Notes: generated by a model not told the origin, from the letters alone. A DNA stretch of 64,000 bases from Gammaproteobacteria bacterium (GCA_965207945.1 OZ242303.1:161494-225493); one strand, 5' to 3'. Shown: positions 51,701 to 59,573, counted from the stretch's first letter. Translations and numbers: made by a program.

Positions 51701-54700
51701 CCCTGAGTTATCTGCGGCGCAAGAGGGCGCTGGCAAGACAACTGCTGAACTACAAAATCCAGTTAGCGCCATAGATACTGGCATTTATGCTGGTTGGGAT
51801 AATTTTTGGTGTAACCCTGATACTGGAGAGTTTACTTCCGACACAAGTTCACCGCTTGCTCAGGATAGCTATCAAGCTTGGAGATTTGGTTCTTTTGAAG
51901 AATACCCAGTATTATCTTGCACGTCAGATGGATTTGCGGCGCAGTATCCTCCTGTTGGGGTGAGGAATCTGCACGGCATTCCACATAATAGTAGCATCAC
52001 TCTGGTGTGGGATAACCCGCCAGTTGCTATGGATTATATGAGTATTTCTTATGGCTTGGTTGGTCAGCTTAATGCGGGGACTGACCCACAGGAAATATTG
52101 CTTGCGGATGCTAATTATGTTGATGCCTCTGAAATAGGCGTAACTATAAACATTACTGGTTTGATTAATCAACGAGAATATAAGTTCATAGTGGAACCTG
52201 TTTTTACTGGAGTTGATAAGGGTAGGGCTGTTATAACTGAGACATTAATAAAAGAGATTGATTTTAATTATGATGGCGATGGACTTGGCAATAATGCAGA
52301 CCCTGATGATGATAATGACGGGACAGACGATATTGCAGATGCTCTTCCTTTTAATAGCGATGAGAGCACAGATGCGGACTCTGATGGCACGGGCGATAAT
52401 GCTGATGTTGATGGGGATGGCAATGGGCTGATAGAGATTGCCACTGCGGATGAGCTTAACCAAGTGCGCTTTAATCTTCAAGGGACATCGTTAAAATCTT
52501 CTGCGGATGATGTTGGCAGCAGTGCTGGTTGTGGCAATGGGGTTAATATTACAGCGTGCAATGGCTATGAGGTTATTGCGGACATAGACCTTTCTGGGTA
52601 TGACAACTGGCAACCAATTGGGACTTTTGTTGCAGATGATAGTTCAGTTGCTTTTAATAGTACATTTAATGGCAATGGCTGGACTATAAGTCGCCTTACT
52701 ATTAGCGCCTCTGATACTGCTGAGGGCATTGGTCTATTTGGCGCGGTATCTGAGTATTCTACCCTACGTGATGTTCATATTCGTGCGGCAAATATTACAG
52801 GGGGGGCTAATTATATTGGGATGTTGGTTGGCTCAGCGCGAGGTGTTGAATTGGAGATGGCTCCAGTTATTTTTAATAGTTCGGTAACAGGAGACATTAT
52901 GAGTCCTTTGGCTGATAATGTTGGCGGTTTGGTTGGCGATGGAGCATTGTCTACAATAAACTCTTCTTATGTTATGGATAGTTCTGTAACAGGCAATAAT
53001 GTTATTGGTGGTTTGGTGGGAAATGGAGAGGATACTCAGATTATTTCCTCTTATGCTATGGATAGCTCTATAGCAGGCAATTATTATGTTGGCGGTTTGG
53101 TTGGTAATGGAGCGTTCGGTAGCAGTGTCCTTTCTTTCGTAGCGAATAGTGTTGTGAATGGGTCTAGTCATGTTGGCGGTATAGTTGGTTATGGGGAAAG
53201 GAGTAGCATAGTGTCTAATTATGCAAGAAATGTAAACAGCATAGGTGATAATGTTGGCGGTTTGGTTGGTTATAGTTTGTTTACAGAAATTAAGGCGTCT
53301 TATATAGCAGGGGGAAATATAATCGGCAATGATAATGTTGGCGGCTTGGTTGGTTATGGAGATTCTGCAATTATAACTGCCTCTTATTTGGCTAGTGCTT
53401 CTATTCAAGGTAATGATAATGTTGGCGGCTTGGTTGGTTATGGAGGTTCTGCAATTATAACTGCCTCTTATTTAGCTAGTGCTTCTATCCAAGGTAATGA
53501 TAATGTTGGCGCTTTGATAGGTGAGCCAACTTCTGATACTGAAGTATTTAATTCTTATTGGAATAATCAAAGTACTGGACTTACGGCACGCACTGACTTC
53601 TCCGCGGCGCAAGAGGGCATCGGCAAGACAACTGCTGAGCTGCAAAATCCAGTTAGCGCCACAGGTATTTATGCTGATTGGTCTGATTTTTGGTGTGACC
53701 CTGATACTGGTGAATTTAGTGATGACTTCCGTTCAGTACCTGCGCAGAATAATCAAAATGCTTGGAGATTTGGTTCTGCTGAAGAATATCCTGTATTATC
53801 CTGCACGTCAGAAGGGCTTGCAGCACAGTATCCTCCTGTCGGGGTGAGTAATCTGCGTGGTATTCCACATAATAGTAGCATCACTCTAGTATGGGATAAC
53901 CCGCCAGTTGCTATGGATTTTATTAGTGTTTCTTATGGCTTGGTTGATACGCTTGATGCGGGGACTACCCCACAGGAAATGTTGTTTGCGGGTGCGAATG
54001 TTGTAACGGCTTCTGAAATAGGGGCTACTATAAACATTACTGGTTTGATTAATCAACGAGAATATAAGTTCATAGTGAAACCTGTTTTTACTGGAATTAA
54101 TAAGGGTAGGGCTGTTATACCTCAGACATTAATAAAAGAGATTGATTCTAATTATGATGGAGACGAGCTTGGCAATAATGCAGACCCTGATGATGATAAT
54201 GACGGGATAGACGATGTTGCGGACGCTCTTCCTTTTAATAGCGATGAGAGTACAGATGCGGACTCTGATGGCACGGGCGATAATGCTGATATTGATGGGG
54301 ATGGCAATGGGCTGATAGAAATTGCCACTGCGGATGAGCTTCATCAAGTGCGCTTTAATCTTCAAGGAACATCGTTAAAATCTTCTGCGGATGATATTGG
54401 CAGCAGTGCTGGTTGTGGCGATGGAGTTGAGATTACAGTGTGTAATGGCTATGAGCTTGTTGCAGACATAGACCTGTCTGGATATAACAACTGGCAACCA
54501 ATTGGAACTTTTGTTGCAGATGATAATTCAGCTGCTTTTAGTGGCGCCTTTAATGGCAATGGCTGGACTATAAGCCACCTTACTATTAGCGCCTCTGATG
54601 TTGCTGAGAGCATTGGTTTATTTGGCGCGGTAGTGGAAAACTCTATCCTGCAGAATGTTCATATTCGTGCGGCAAATATAACAGGGGGAGCTAATTATAT

Positions 54701-55709
54701 TGGGATGTTGGTTGGTTCGGCGCGAGGTTTTGAGTCGGAAGGTATCCCAACTATTTTTAATAGTTCTGCAATAGGAGAGATTATGAGTCCTTTAGCTGAT
54801 AGTGTTGGCGGTTTGGTTGGCGATGGAGCATTTTCTATAATAAACTCTTCTTATGTTATTCAGAGCTCTGTAATAGGCAATAATATTATTGGCGGCTTGG
54901 TGGGAGATGGGGAGGATACTCAGATTATTTCCTCTTATGTTGAGGGTGGTTCTATAGCAGGCAATGACTTTGTTGGCGGCTTGGTTGGTGATGGGGGGTA
55001 TGGTAGCAGTGTATTTTCTTTCGTAGCGAATAGTGTTGTGAATGGGTCTAGTCATGTTGGCGGCTTAGTTGGTTATGGGGAAGGGAGTATCATAGTATCT
55101 AATTATGTAAGAAATGTAAATGTAAGTAGCATAGGTGATTATGTCGGCGGCTTGGTTGGTTACGCTTGGTTTGCAGAAATTATGGCATCTTATGTAGTAG
55201 GCGGGAATATAAGTGGCAATGATAGGGTTGGCGGTTTAGTTGGTGATGGATATTCTGCAATTATAGATGCCTCTTATGTGGCTATCGCTTCTATCCAAGG
55301 TAATGATTATGTTGGCGGTTTAGTTGGTGATGGATATTCTGCAATTATAAATGCTTCTTATGTGGCTATTGATTCTATTCAAGGCAATGATTATGTAGGC
55401 GGTTTAGTAGGTAAGCCAACTTTAGATACTGAAGTATTTAATTCTTATTGGAATAATCAGAGCACTGGATTTACGGCACGCCCCGAATTCTCTGCGGCGC
55501 AAGAGGGCGTCGGCAAGACAACTGCTGAGCTGCAAAACCCAGTTAGCGCCACAGATACTGGCATTTATGCTGGTTGGGCTAATTTTTGGTGCAACCCTGA
55601 TACGGGCGAGTTTACTTCTGACTCAAGCTCACTGCTTGCTCAGAGTAATCGTCAAGCTTGGAGATTTGGTTCTACGCAAGAATATCCTTCCTTATTCTGC
55701 ACGCCATAA
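42720..55709 (+). CDS. Giant surface lipoprotein (4329 aa): six GLUG-type modules, seven FN3-like domains, TSP3-like repeats
   Basis: Lipobox FLVSC. Module starts near 44262, 46206, 48252, 50601, 52425 and 54309. NLRxxP...LxWxNP...GL....Y.F FN3-like units. Confidence 0.85.
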   Translation: MIMSKLTVAVKRQSPRLLISKANSWRVLLLFILTTFLVSCETTKQTANEVVNLDDATDIDDEDELLLNELAVQDVVVIPQRNKINLTWTNPSAPVSHINISWTPVEKGVLQPIIVDDISDVDVVSSTQSMPINRGSTSRDARAIKTQEVSSFAVSSLDVTPLAAPPLDVTPLALATPSMRVSKTIEGLTDGQKYTFYIIAVTKNADNKEIVTPLPKPIERIIGPNLDNDTYANIEDEDIDGDDIPNDKDPDDDNDGVEDIHDAFADNPAETNDTDGDGVGDNSDAFPNNASASADTDGDGIDDTLDMDTDNDGVNDEYDAYPFNNNTSYFQVANLRIIPAANRALIMWSNPSADIKQINISWGESDSPTVQKVAITDHRTLLPETSFELTGLTNDAYYNFSIEPSMQGDDEGKLTQAVKVVRAVGLNFDKDEFADIEDTDDDNDGTDDVDDAFPLNSAEDTDTDKDKIGNNADPDDDNDGTEDIHDAFPLNSTENADTDSDSIGDNADIDDDGDGLIEITTAAELNQIRYNLQGASMKESAAAVGNSIGCGNGANVNTCSGYELSADIDLVNYTNWQPLGSCVSVNICSVASQFNAIFDGNGFIVSNVNINATGSYGAGLFGAISSTSILRNIRLRDVKITGTSAYVGMLVGYAAGGFIHNSSAQGEIMSAGSESVGGLVGRGRSSEIISSYVVGGDIVGGGSVGGLVGDGAFARITSSYAAGGDIRGINNIGGLVGRANNADITASYAEGGAVIGQAVNNNVGGLVGLGNSATIAYSYAAGGIIQGNTNGRLNINGLVGRGVLAMVSDSYWDMETSGLVSTSAYGQPKTTVELQEPSGFISGSIYENWVGLWCNPVTGEFTSDRSSSLAVAENQAWQFGTDKEYPALTCTPGGVERQSGPHGANNLRVIPDIGGAELLWNNPKATISEFSIYYGINNSSSPLQQLSISNLDYLSANQINVSYAIAGLTSGEYYKFIVVPVLGGDDKHKKTLKATIARTIGSNFDKDGFADVVDIDDDNDGTEDIADAFPFNSTENTDTDKDKTGNNADSDDDNDLVLDDVDNCPLVANNGQDNFDADELGDACDTDDDNDGTEDIYDALPFNSTENTDTDKDKIGNNADTDDDGDLILDGVDNCPLVQNDEQSDLDADTLGDACDIDDDGDGLIEVITAAELNQIRHDLQGTSIKESAAAINNRKGCSKGASANTCSGYELSADIDLANYTNWQPLGSCVSVSICSVASQFNAIFDGNGFIVSNVNINATGSYGAGLFGAISSTSILRNIQLHDVKITGTSAYVGMLAGYADGGLIHNSSAQGDIMSAGSESVGGLVGYGRSSEITSSYVVGGDIVGGGSVGGLVGDGTFARIFSSYAVGGDVSSTGLSEGMHSVGGLIGNGNNALIRSSYAAGGDIRGINNIGGLVGMANNADITASYAEGGAVIGQAVNNNVGGLVGLGNSATIDYSYAAGGIIQGDTSGSLNINGLIGGGVLAMVNSSYWDMETSGIASSSIYGQPKTTAELQGLPGFVSGSIYEHWAGLWCNPVTGEFTSDESSSLAVAEYRVWQFGTDKEYPALTCTPGGVEAQSSPHGANNLRVIPDIGGAELLWNNSNATIRRFSIYYGINNSSSPLQQLSISDSAALGANQINVSYTIAGLTNDEYYKFVVVPVLGGDDKHKKTLKATIVRAIGSNFDKDGFADIEDTDDDNDGTEDIYDDIPFNSTEDTDTDKDDIGNNADPDDDNDLVLDGDDNCPLVANNGQGNFDADELGNACDTDDDNDGTEDIYDDLPFNSTENTDTDKDKIGNNADPDDDNDLVLDGADNCPLVQNDEQSNLDDDTLGDVCEIDDDGDGLIEITTVEQLNQIRYNLQGTSMKESASATGSSIGCGNGADVIACSGYEMSANIDLANYTNWQPIGDCVAGGSCPLAFNGTFEGNGHTISNLRISINGDGTPVGRTRDIGLFGAISTDSVVRGVHLRESSITIQPPASNVGMLVGYADNKDSQSALISNSSVTGNITSPSASQVGSLVGLGNGASIHSSYAESVIITGRDNIGGLVGGGNGASINSSHTESLTITGGNNIGGLVGRGNGASVHSSYAEGVTIAGGNSIGGLVGSGIGAPVHSSYAENVTMAGRANVGGLIGAGYEAPVHSSYVKEGAMRGSINIGGLIGAATSAIVNSSYASDLTVAAVSRTSGSFLGGLLGSAEDAIVHYSYVQRVKVTGPGQIGGLIGTGDRVLIQSSYARDSSVTTTTVGNGNDYGGLAGRAWSSKIIASYTLNVNVSGIRNVGGLLGDGSSWYTGRAFLGPRSQIISSYARGGIVKGDATVGGLAGIGSDMLLDSSYATTEIIRSGSRGGLLGLGGLAAFLSIPNGGAGSPGSTAINSYWDTVITKVADRAPVPDSFEGAPKTTAELQNPVGATGIYAGWANFWCNPDTGEFTSDSNSPLALDKYKAWQFGTIEENPALTCAPNGFTSQYTPIGVRNLRGFPHNSSITLEWDNPPVDIGYINVSYGLVDMLNAGAAPQEILLTDANDIAFSQKGVTINITGLINRQEYKFMLRTAITGLHKDRPIATQTLIKEIDFNYDGDELGNNADPDDDNDGTDDVADAFPFNITEDTDTDSDVIGNNADVDDDGDGLIEIANADELNQVRFNLRGTALKSSADDVGSSAGCGNGVEVTACNGYEVIADIDLAKYSNWQPIGVFVADDNSDAFNSTFNGIFNGNGWTISHLTISASDVAEGIGLFGAVSEHSILRDVHIRGARISGGANYIGMLAGSVRGVELGASPTIFNSSATGDIMSPLADSVGGLVGGGALAIINSSYVKQSSITGNNTIGGLLGDGEGAQIISSHAMDSSVTGNNITGSLVGDGRFGSSVLSFVTNNVVNGVSHVGGIVGYGKGSSVVSNYAKNVQVNGIGDYVGGLVGYGLFTEIMTSYVTGGNVRGDDNVGGIVGYGDSAIINASYVVSASIQGDDNVGGLVGKPTLDTEVFNSYWNNQSAGFTARPELSAAQEGAGKTTAELQNPVSAIDTGIYAGWDNFWCNPDTGEFTSDTSSPLAQDSYQAWRFGSFEEYPVLSCTSDGFAAQYPPVGVRNLHGIPHNSSITLVWDNPPVAMDYMSISYGLVGQLNAGTDPQEILLADANYVDASEIGVTINITGLINQREYKFIVEPVFTGVDKGRAVITETLIKEIDFNYDGDGLGNNADPDDDNDGTDDIADALPFNSDESTDADSDGTGDNADVDGDGNGLIEIATADELNQVRFNLQGTSLKSSADDVGSSAGCGNGVNITACNGYEVIADIDLSGYDNWQPIGTFVADDSSVAFNSTFNGNGWTISRLTISASDTAEGIGLFGAVSEYSTLRDVHIRAANITGGANYIGMLVGSARGVELEMAPVIFNSSVTGDIMSPLADNVGGLVGDGALSTINSSYVMDSSVTGNNVIGGLVGNGEDTQIISSYAMDSSIAGNYYVGGLVGNGAFGSSVLSFVANSVVNGSSHVGGIVGYGERSSIVSNYARNVNSIGDNVGGLVGYSLFTEIKASYIAGGNIIGNDNVGGLVGYGDSAIITASYLASASIQGNDNVGGLVGYGGSAIITASYLASASIQGNDNVGALIGEPTSDTEVFNSYWNNQSTGLTARTDFSAAQEGIGKTTAELQNPVSATGIYADWSDFWCDPDTGEFSDDFRSVPAQNNQNAWRFGSAEEYPVLSCTSEGLAAQYPPVGVSNLRGIPHNSSITLVWDNPPVAMDFISVSYGLVDTLDAGTTPQEMLFAGANVVTASEIGATINITGLINQREYKFIVKPVFTGINKGRAVIPQTLIKEIDSNYDGDELGNNADPDDDNDGIDDVADALPFNSDESTDADSDGTGDNADIDGDGNGLIEIATADELHQVRFNLQGTSLKSSADDIGSSAGCGDGVEITVCNGYELVADIDLSGYNNWQPIGTFVADDNSAAFSGAFNGNGWTISHLTISASDVAESIGLFGAVVENSILQNVHIRAANITGGANYIGMLVGSARGFESEGIPTIFNSSAIGEIMSPLADSVGGLVGDGAFSIINSSYVIQSSVIGNNIIGGLVGDGEDTQIISSYVEGGSIAGNDFVGGLVGDGGYGSSVFSFVANSVVNGSSHVGGLVGYGEGSIIVSNYVRNVNVSSIGDYVGGLVGYAWFAEIMASYVVGGNISGNDRVGGLVGDGYSAIIDASYVAIASIQGNDYVGGLVGDGYSAIINASYVAIDSIQGNDYVGGLVGKPTLDTEVFNSYWNNQSTGFTARPEFSAAQEGVGKTTAELQNPVSATDTGIYAGWANFWCNPDTGEFTSDSSSLLAQSNRQAWRFGSTQEYPSLFCTP

Positions 55710-55759
55710 GAGCTTGGTGGTATAATTCCATTGATTAGATTAATTTAATATTAGATACA

Positions 55760-57475
55760 ATGGATAAATTAAAACATAAACTCCCCAGTCGCCATGTTTC
55801 GGTAGGACCTGCTAGCGCTCCCCATCGCTCCTATTATTACGCAATGGGAATGACTGAAGAGGAAATAGCTCAGCCCTTCGTAGGGGTTGCAACCTGCTGG
55901 AATGAAGCAGCGCCTTGCAATATAGATTTGTCGCGTCAGGCGCAAGCGGTTAAAAAAGGGGTTGAAAGGGCTAAGGGCACGCCGCGTGAGTTCACCACTA
56001 TTACTGTCACTGATGGCATAGCTATGGGGCATAGCGGGATGAAGAGTTCACTGCCAAGCCGAGATTTAATTGCAGATTCTGTGGAACTTACCATGCGAGG
56101 TCATTGCTATGACGGCATAGTTGGTTTAGCTGGCTGTGATAAATCACTTCCCGGCATGATGATGGCAATGTGTCGTTTGAATGTTCCTGCGGTATTCATT
56201 TATGGCGGAACTATATTACCTGGTAGGTTTAAAGGCAAGGATGTTACAGTAGCGGATGTCTTTGAAGCGGTGGGCACTCATGCCAGTGGTAATATGAACG
56301 ATGAAGAATTAAGAGAGCTGGAGCAGTGCGCCTGCCCCTCATCAGGTTCTTGTGGCGGACAGTTCACGGCTAACACGATGGCATGTGTTTCCGAGGCAAT
56401 TGGTTTAGCCATTCTTGGTTCCGCTGGAACGCCAGCTCCTTATACCTCACGTGATTCCTATTGCGAAGCCAGTGGCGAAAGAGTAATGGAATGCATCCGC
56501 ACAGGTCTGCGTCCGCGCGATATAGTTACTCTTAAATCATTAGAAAATGCAGCGCGGGTTGTGGCAGCGTCTGGTGGCTCCACTAATGCTGGCTTGCATC
56601 TTCCTGCTATTGCTCATGAATGTGGAATTAAATTTGACTTGCAGGATGTTTGTGAGATATTCCGTAGCACTCCATATATAGCCGACTTAAAACCAGCTGG
56701 CAAATATGTAGCTAAGGATTTGTTTGAGGTTGGCGGTGTGCCAATTATTCTAAGAACTTTGATGGATGGGGGGTATCTGCATACCGATTGTATAACGGTG
56801 AACGGTAAAACCATAGGTGAAAATCTTAAGAAGATAAACTTCCCATCCGAGCAGAAAGTAGTTATGCCAATAGATAAGCCAATAAGTAATACGGGCGGCG
56901 TTGTGGGCTTACGCGGCAACTTGGCTCCTGAGGGTGGTATCGTTAAGATTGCTGGTCTTAAGAAATTGCAGTTTCGCGGTCCTGCTCGAATTTTTGATTG
57001 CGAGGAAGATGCCTTTGCCGCAGTTACAAATCGCGAGTATCAAGAAGGCGATGTCATAGTTATCAGATATGAAGGACCTAAGGGAGGACCTGGCATGCGT
57101 GAGATGTTGGCTACCACTGGAGCTCTTTCGGGTCAAAATATGGGTGGTAAAGTTGCCTTAATCACTGACGGCAGGTTCTCTGGCGCTACACGCGGTTTTT
57201 GTGTTGGGCATATAGGACCTGAGGCGGCAATAGGTGGACCGATTGGTTTATTAGAAGATGGAGATATTATAAATCTTGATGCCGAGAAGGGTAGCATAGA
57301 TGTAGAGCTTGATGAGGCAACCCTTGAGGAAAGAAGGAAAAAATGGCAAGGACGCTCCAATGATTTTCAATCAGGAGCCCTCTGGCGTTACTCCAGTACA
57401 GTAGGGTCTGCTAAAGGGGGTGCAGTAACTCATCCAGGCGGAGCTAAAGAAACCCATATATATGCTGATATATAA
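55760..57475 (+). CDS. ilvD: Dihydroxy-acid dehydratase
   Basis: [33 protein letters not shown] and TDGRFSG motifs. Confidence 0.97.
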   Translation: MDKLKHKLPSRHVSVGPASAPHRSYYYAMGMTEEEIAQPFVGVATCWNEAAPCNIDLSRQAQAVKKGVERAKGTPREFTTITVTDGIAMGHSGMKSSLPSRDLIADSVELTMRGHCYDGIVGLAGCDKSLPGMMMAMCRLNVPAVFIYGGTILPGRFKGKDVTVADVFEAVGTHASGNMNDEELRELEQCACPSSGSCGGQFTANTMACVSEAIGLAILGSAGTPAPYTSRDSYCEASGERVMECIRTGLRPRDIVTLKSLENAARVVAASGGSTNAGLHLPAIAHECGIKFDLQDVCEIFRSTPYIADLKPAGKYVAKDLFEVGGVPIILRTLMDGGYLHTDCITVNGKTIGENLKKINFPSEQKVVMPIDKPISNTGGVVGLRGNLAPEGGIVKIAGLKKLQFRGPARIFDCEEDAFAAVTNREYQEGDVIVIRYEGPKGGPGMREMLATTGALSGQNMGGKVALITDGRFSGATRGFCVGHIGPEAAIGGPIGLLEDGDIINLDAEKGSIDVELDEATLEERRKKWQGRSNDFQSGALWRYSSTVGSAKGGAVTHPGGAKETHIYADI

Positions 57476-57820
57476 TTGCCTAACCTAATGAAAATATCAT
57501 CCAACAATATATTAGTATTAATTTTATTGGCGGGTCTGGTAGGAGGCGGTTGTTCATCGCTGATATTAGTTGGACAGAAATCAGGTTTGATTAAAATAAT
57601 TAGTCAAGAAGAAGCGGCACAGTGTGAAAAGTTGGGTGAAATTCCAGTTAAAGCACTTGCTAAGTTAGGCAAAATAAATCGTGAGCATGCTAAGGTGGAG
57701 ATAGAAGCAGAAAACATCGCGCGCAATAAAGCAGTGGAGATTAATGCTACCGCTATATCAGCACTTACAGAAATGACTAAAGAAGGCAACCAAACCTTTG
57801 CAGCTTATGATTGCCATTGA
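57476..57820 (+). CDS. Small putative lipoprotein, DUF4156-like
   Basis: Signal peptide, C..LGEI, ARNKA and terminal YDC. Probable start ATG 57488. Confidence 0.65.
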   Translation: MPNLMKISSNNILVLILLAGLVGGGCSSLILVGQKSGLIKIISQEEAAQCEKLGEIPVKALAKLGKINREHAKVEIEAENIARNKAVEINATAISALTEMTKEGNQTFAAYDCH

Positions 57821-57880
57821 CACTTGGTTTCAGATGATATTTAAAGTAGAATTATGCCAATTAGGGTTATAATTTAAACT

Positions 57881-58234
57881 ATGAAGACACAAAATTTTAT
57901 TCATTTTACTCATTTTATTCGTTTTATTATAATCACCGCTGCCTCTTTTACTCTTTTGGCGTGTGCTAGTTTTGTTAAGCTTGATCCAGGTGCTGCTAGT
58001 ATAAGAGTAATAACTATTGAGCAAGCAACCATGTGCACTCTAGTTGGCGAGGTTCTTGTTGAAGTCCTACCTAAAGTGGGAAGTATTAAACGTAAGTCAG
58101 AAAAAACTGCTGAAGATGCACAGAGCTTGGCACGTAATAGCGCATTGGGTTTTGAGGCAAATTCAATAGCCCCCTTAGATGAGATTTCCGCAGAAGGTAA
58201 ACAAACTTACGGAATGTATGACTGCAAAAGATAA
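57881..58234 (+). CDS. Small lipoprotein, DUF4156-like (tandem paralog)
   Basis: Lipobox LLAC, FVKLDPGA, C..VGEV, ARNSA and terminal YDC. Confidence 0.72.
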   Translation: MKTQNFIHFTHFIRFIIITAASFTLLACASFVKLDPGAASIRVITIEQATMCTLVGEVLVEVLPKVGSIKRKSEKTAEDAQSLARNSALGFEANSIAPLDEISAEGKQTYGMYDCKR

Positions 58235-58291
58235 TTCCCAGATTCTAATAAAGATATTCAATAGTATTCGGTTTTTCAACTCGTATAATTT

Positions 58292-59566
58292 ATGAAGGTA
58301 TATGTTAATCCTCGCTTGCAGAAGGTAAAAGAATCTGCAACTCTTGCAATAAACGAAAAGGCAGTTAAGCTTAGAAGCCAAGGACAAGATATAGTCCATT
58401 TCGGTTTTGGGCAGTCGCCTTTTGCGGTTCATCCTCTTATTATTAAGGCATTGCAGAATAATAGTCACCATAAAGCATATCTTCCCTCTTTGGGGCTTGT
58501 AGAATTGCGTGATAATATTGCTGCCTATTACAACAAACGTGGTTATGATTGGCAGGCGTCAAACATAGTGATAGGTCCTGGCAGTAAGGAATTATTGTTT
58601 GATTTATTATATTTGCTACAAGGGACATTACTCTTGCCAGCGCCTTCTTGGGTTTCTTATTATCCTCAGGCGCAGTTGGTGGGTAAGGATGTCGTTCCTG
58701 TGGTTAGCCGCTCTGATAATGGCTACAAAATAACTCCTAAGGAGTTGCAACAAGCACTGGATAGTCCGCAGGCGAAGGATAGCGAGCAGCTTATATTATT
58801 ACTAAACAGCCCGAATAATCCTGTTGGTAACTCTTATAACAGCGCAGAATTACAAGAACTGGCAAGTATAGTTAAACAACATAATATCATAATAATAGCC
58901 GATGAAATTTATGCCGAGGTCTACTTCGGGGAAGAACCACCGCCCAGCATATATTCTTTTTTACCACAACAAACCATAGTAACCTCAGGGCTTAGTAAGT
59001 CATTTTCGGCAGGTGGTTATAGATTAGGTTTTACAGCTATTCCTCCAGTAATTGCCGAGCAGATACTGAAACCACTATCAGCGTTAATTAGTGAGACCTT
59101 TAGTTGTGTATCAGCGCCCATTCAGCATGCGGCAGTAGTTGCCTATTCTGATAACCCACAGATAAACCAATATATTCATGATTGCAATCGCATCCATGGA
59201 TTGATGAGTTCATATATAAGAGGACGTTTGGTTGAGTATAAGATAGGGTGCCCTGTGGGGACTGGCAGTTTTTATTTGTTTCCTGATTTTAATAATTGGA
59301 CGCAGCAATTGCAAGAACGGGGGATAAAGGATAGCCCATCTTTGTGTGCGGCAATTTTGGATGAGGCGGCGGTGACTTTGTTACCAGCTCAAGATTTTGG
59401 TTTGCCTGCAAGCGATTATGTGTGCAGATTAGCAACTGTGGATTATGATGGGGTAAGCTTGATGGAGGCACTGCAAGAAGGAGCAAGCGATGCAGAACTT
59501 CTTGCCCTTGCTCCTAAGGTTTCACAAGGATGCGATCGCTTAGGGGAGTGGGTAGCAAAGCTATAG
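58292..59566 (+). CDS. PLP-dependent aminotransferase class I/II (aspartate aminotransferase-like)
   Basis: SATLAIN, PSWVSY, NSPNNPVG, DEIY and LSKSFSAGGYRLG motifs. Confidence 0.92.
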   Translation: MKVYVNPRLQKVKESATLAINEKAVKLRSQGQDIVHFGFGQSPFAVHPLIIKALQNNSHHKAYLPSLGLVELRDNIAAYYNKRGYDWQASNIVIGPGSKELLFDLLYLLQGTLLLPAPSWVSYYPQAQLVGKDVVPVVSRSDNGYKITPKELQQALDSPQAKDSEQLILLLNSPNNPVGNSYNSAELQELASIVKQHNIIIIADEIYAEVYFGEEPPPSIYSFLPQQTIVTSGLSKSFSAGGYRLGFTAIPPVIAEQILKPLSALISETFSCVSAPIQHAAVVAYSDNPQINQYIHDCNRIHGLMSSYIRGRLVEYKIGCPVGTGSFYLFPDFNNWTQQLQERGIKDSPSLCAAILDEAAVTLLPAQDFGLPASDYVCRLATVDYDGVSLMEALQEGASDAELLALAPKVSQGCDRLGEWVAKL

Positions 59567-59573
59567 TTATTTA

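Noticed and set aside
33925-55055. Many recurring antisense and alternate-frame ORFs inside the giant genes
   Set aside because: They recur because the underlying repeats recur. They have no independent coding features.
33869-55709. Diversity-generating retroelement acting on the repeated modules
   Set aside because: No reverse transcriptase or non-coding template repeat in the window. Differences between modules involve all bases rather than only adenines.
33869-55709. RTX toxin, autotransporter or ice-nucleation protein
   Set aside because: No GGxGxDxL nonapeptides, no C-terminal barrel and no AGYGST repeats. The repeats are GLUG-like and TSP3-like.
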